Positions 62,638 to 64,000 of a stretch of DNA of 64,000 nt are shown piece after piece. The DNA is taken from the NCBI GenBank assembly GCA_964400275.1, contig CAYNSS010000001.1, forward strand, positions 558,839-622,838, given 5' to 3'. Positions within the stretch are counted from its first letter, which is position 1. Each line of letters starts with the position of its first letter. The notes beneath the pieces are model-generated. The model searched no databases, had not been told where the DNA came from, and worked only from the letters and a program-made list of their open reading frames with translations. A program made the position numbers and the translations under genes. This DNA is from an uncultured Pseudomonadota bacterium. Lineage in GTDB: Bacteria > Babelota > Babeliae > Babelales > Chromulinivoraceae.

Positions 62638-64000
62638 ATATGTTTTCAATTCGTTCAAAGAATTCTTTACTTCCTAAATCTGTGAATAGATCTTGAAGTT
62701 GCATTCCTTTGGCAGACCCTGTCAAAAATATTCGGATCGCTGAAAATATAATTTTATTTTCTATTTTTGCCTCAGTTGCCTGCGCTTTAACTGCGTTCAT
62801 AAATGTTGTCCAGTCATTATTGCGGCAAGCAAGCAAGATTGATTTAATCTTTGCAAAAGTAGCTTGATCAGCGATGTCACTGTAAATTGCAGTATCAATC
62901 GTTGGTCTTACAAAGTAGAATTTCAAAAGTTCAGTAACTTGTGCAAGTGTTTGCATATCTGTTTGAACAGTTTTAATTAATTTTGTAAGAGTTTGGTCAG
63001 ATACTGATGCAATGTTGTATTGATTTGCTAAAAATGGTTTACACAGTTCTGTTAGTTTCTCAAGATTATAGCTTACAATCCATTTATGATTTATCCATTT
63101 TAATTTTTCAATATCGTATTTGATTTGACTTGCGCCGTGTAGGTTGTCGAACTTATAGTTTTTTGCAAGAACATCCAATGACATGATTTCTTGTTCAAAT
63201 GAGCAGCCTAAAATTCCTAAGTAGTTGCAAATTGCTTCAGGTAAATATCCTTGAGCTTCCACATCTTCAAGTGAAAATCCACGGTCACGTTTAGAAAGTT
63301 TTTTGCCTTCTTGGTTACACAATATAGGTAAATGCCAAAATATAGGCAGTGGATATTCCAGGGCATTATACAGCACAGTTTGGCTTACTGTATTTGATAG
63401 ATGTTCCTCACCGCGAAAAACATGGGTCATTTTCATTTCGCAATCATCAACGCAATTTGCAAAAATAAATGTGAATGAACCATCTTCGCGTGTTAATGGA
63501 AAATCTGAAAAATGTTGCAAATCAAACTCTAAAACACCGCGAGCCATATCTTTAAACTGTACTTTTTGTGTTGCATCAACATGCATTCTCCAGATAAAAC
63601 TTTTGCCTTGAGCAATATTTTGTGCGATTTCGGGTTCAGTTAATTTGAGGCATGTTTTTTCATAACGAGGAGCTTTTTTCATTGCTATTTGTCGATTTCG
63701 TCGTAGCTCAAGTTCCTCGGGAGTGCAAAAGCATTGATAAACCAATTTTTTAGTTTGAAGTTTTTGTAAATATTTCTTGTAAATTTCAGAACGTTCTGAT
63801 TGGAAATAAGGGCCAAATTGACCACCAATATTTGGACCTTCTGAAAAATTTAAACCAAGCCAATTTAGGTGCTTGATAATGAACTGCGTTCCCTGGCTGA
63901 TATTGCGTTGTTGATCCGTATCTTCTATTCGAAGTACAAACGTGCCATGTTGTTGCTGGGCAAAAAGATAATTTAATAATGCTGCGCGCACATTACCTAT
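62636..64000 (-). CDS. gltX: glutamyl-tRNA synthetase (5' end runs off the window end)
   Basis: The frame continues past 64000 (...GNVRAALLNYLFA). LRIEDTD, KLSKR (KMSKS-type loop) and a C-terminal anticodon-binding domain. Confidence 0.92.
   Translation of the reverse strand: MGNVRAALLNYLFAQQQHGTFVLRIEDTDQQRNISQGTQFIIKHLNWLGLNFSEGPNIGGQFGPYFQSERSEIYKKYLQKLQTKKLVYQCFCTPEELELRRNRQIAMKKAPRYEKTCLKLTEPEIAQNIAQGKSFIWRMHVDATQKVQFKDMARGVLEFDLQHFSDFPLTREDGSFTFIFANCVDDCEMKMTHVFRGEEHLSNTVSQTVLYNALEYPLPIFWHLPILCNQEGKKLSKRDRGFSLEDVEAQGYLPEAICNYLGILGCSFEQEIMSLDVLAKNYKFDNLHGASQIKYDIEKLKWINHKWIVSYNLEKLTELCKPFLANQYNIASVSDQTLTKLIKTVQTDMQTLAQVTELLKFYFVRPTIDTAIYSDIADQATFAKIKSILLACRNNDWTTFMNAVKAQATEAKIENKIIFSAIRIFLTGSAKGMQLQDLFTDLGSKEFFERIENI
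62892..63433. repeat. partner of the 542-bp near-identical block at 60976..61517
   Basis: Same offset (1916 nt) across the whole block. Confidence 0.9.

Noticed and set aside
58165-63433. Possibility that the duplicated ankyrin/gltX region is a mobile element or genomic island
   Set aside because: I found no integrase, transposase, tRNA attachment site or terminal inverted repeats. The direct repeats contain a normal small gene, and the breakpoint shows microhomology. Segmental duplication is the simpler explanation.
60703-63611. Plus-strand ORFs 60703..60951, 60864..61064 and 63303..63611
   Set aside because: They are antisense to the gltX copies, which have clear aminoacyl-tRNA synthetase motifs. 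The duplicated spurious ORFs simply follow the duplicated DNA.

Overview
Low-GC (about one third G+C by eye), gene-dense bacterial chromosome segment with no rRNA, tRNA, CRISPR, transposase or integrase that I could recognise. Housekeeping genes: alr (partial), rlmB-like, ftsQ-like/ftsA/ftsZ/pgeF, secA, sbcD, a GlmU-like gene, mreB, rsmA, uppS, RNase P RNA, PBP1A, murG, a DciA-like gene, cysK-like, atpI-like/atpB/atpE, rbfA, rpsU and gltX (partial). Between them lie many ORFan signal-peptide or membrane proteins, an ankyrin-repeat protein and a eukaryote-like glycosyltransferase. This content fits a diderm, host-associated (amoeba-symbiont-like, possibly Dependentiae/TM6-like) bacterium, but taxonomy cannot be verified without a search. 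The most unusual items: (1) an F-type ATP synthase c subunit made of four fused hairpins, in an atpI-a-c mini-operon with no F1 or stalk genes downstream. (2) A tandem pair of ~800-aa secreted paralogs with a caspase/legumain-like His...Cys dyad and C-terminal LDLAxA repeats; the second sits behind a duplicated ftsQ promoter and 5' fragment. (3) A recurring palindrome, AGATTCTT-N4-8-AAGAATCC, upstream of five envelope gene units. (4) A mosaic segmental duplication that produced a truncated gltX paralog apparently under purifying selection, with near-identical 83-aa genes flanking different cargo genes. (5) A ytgABCD-like metal ABC operon with a permease-winged-helix fusion. All functional calls come from motif recognition by eye; no database search was run.
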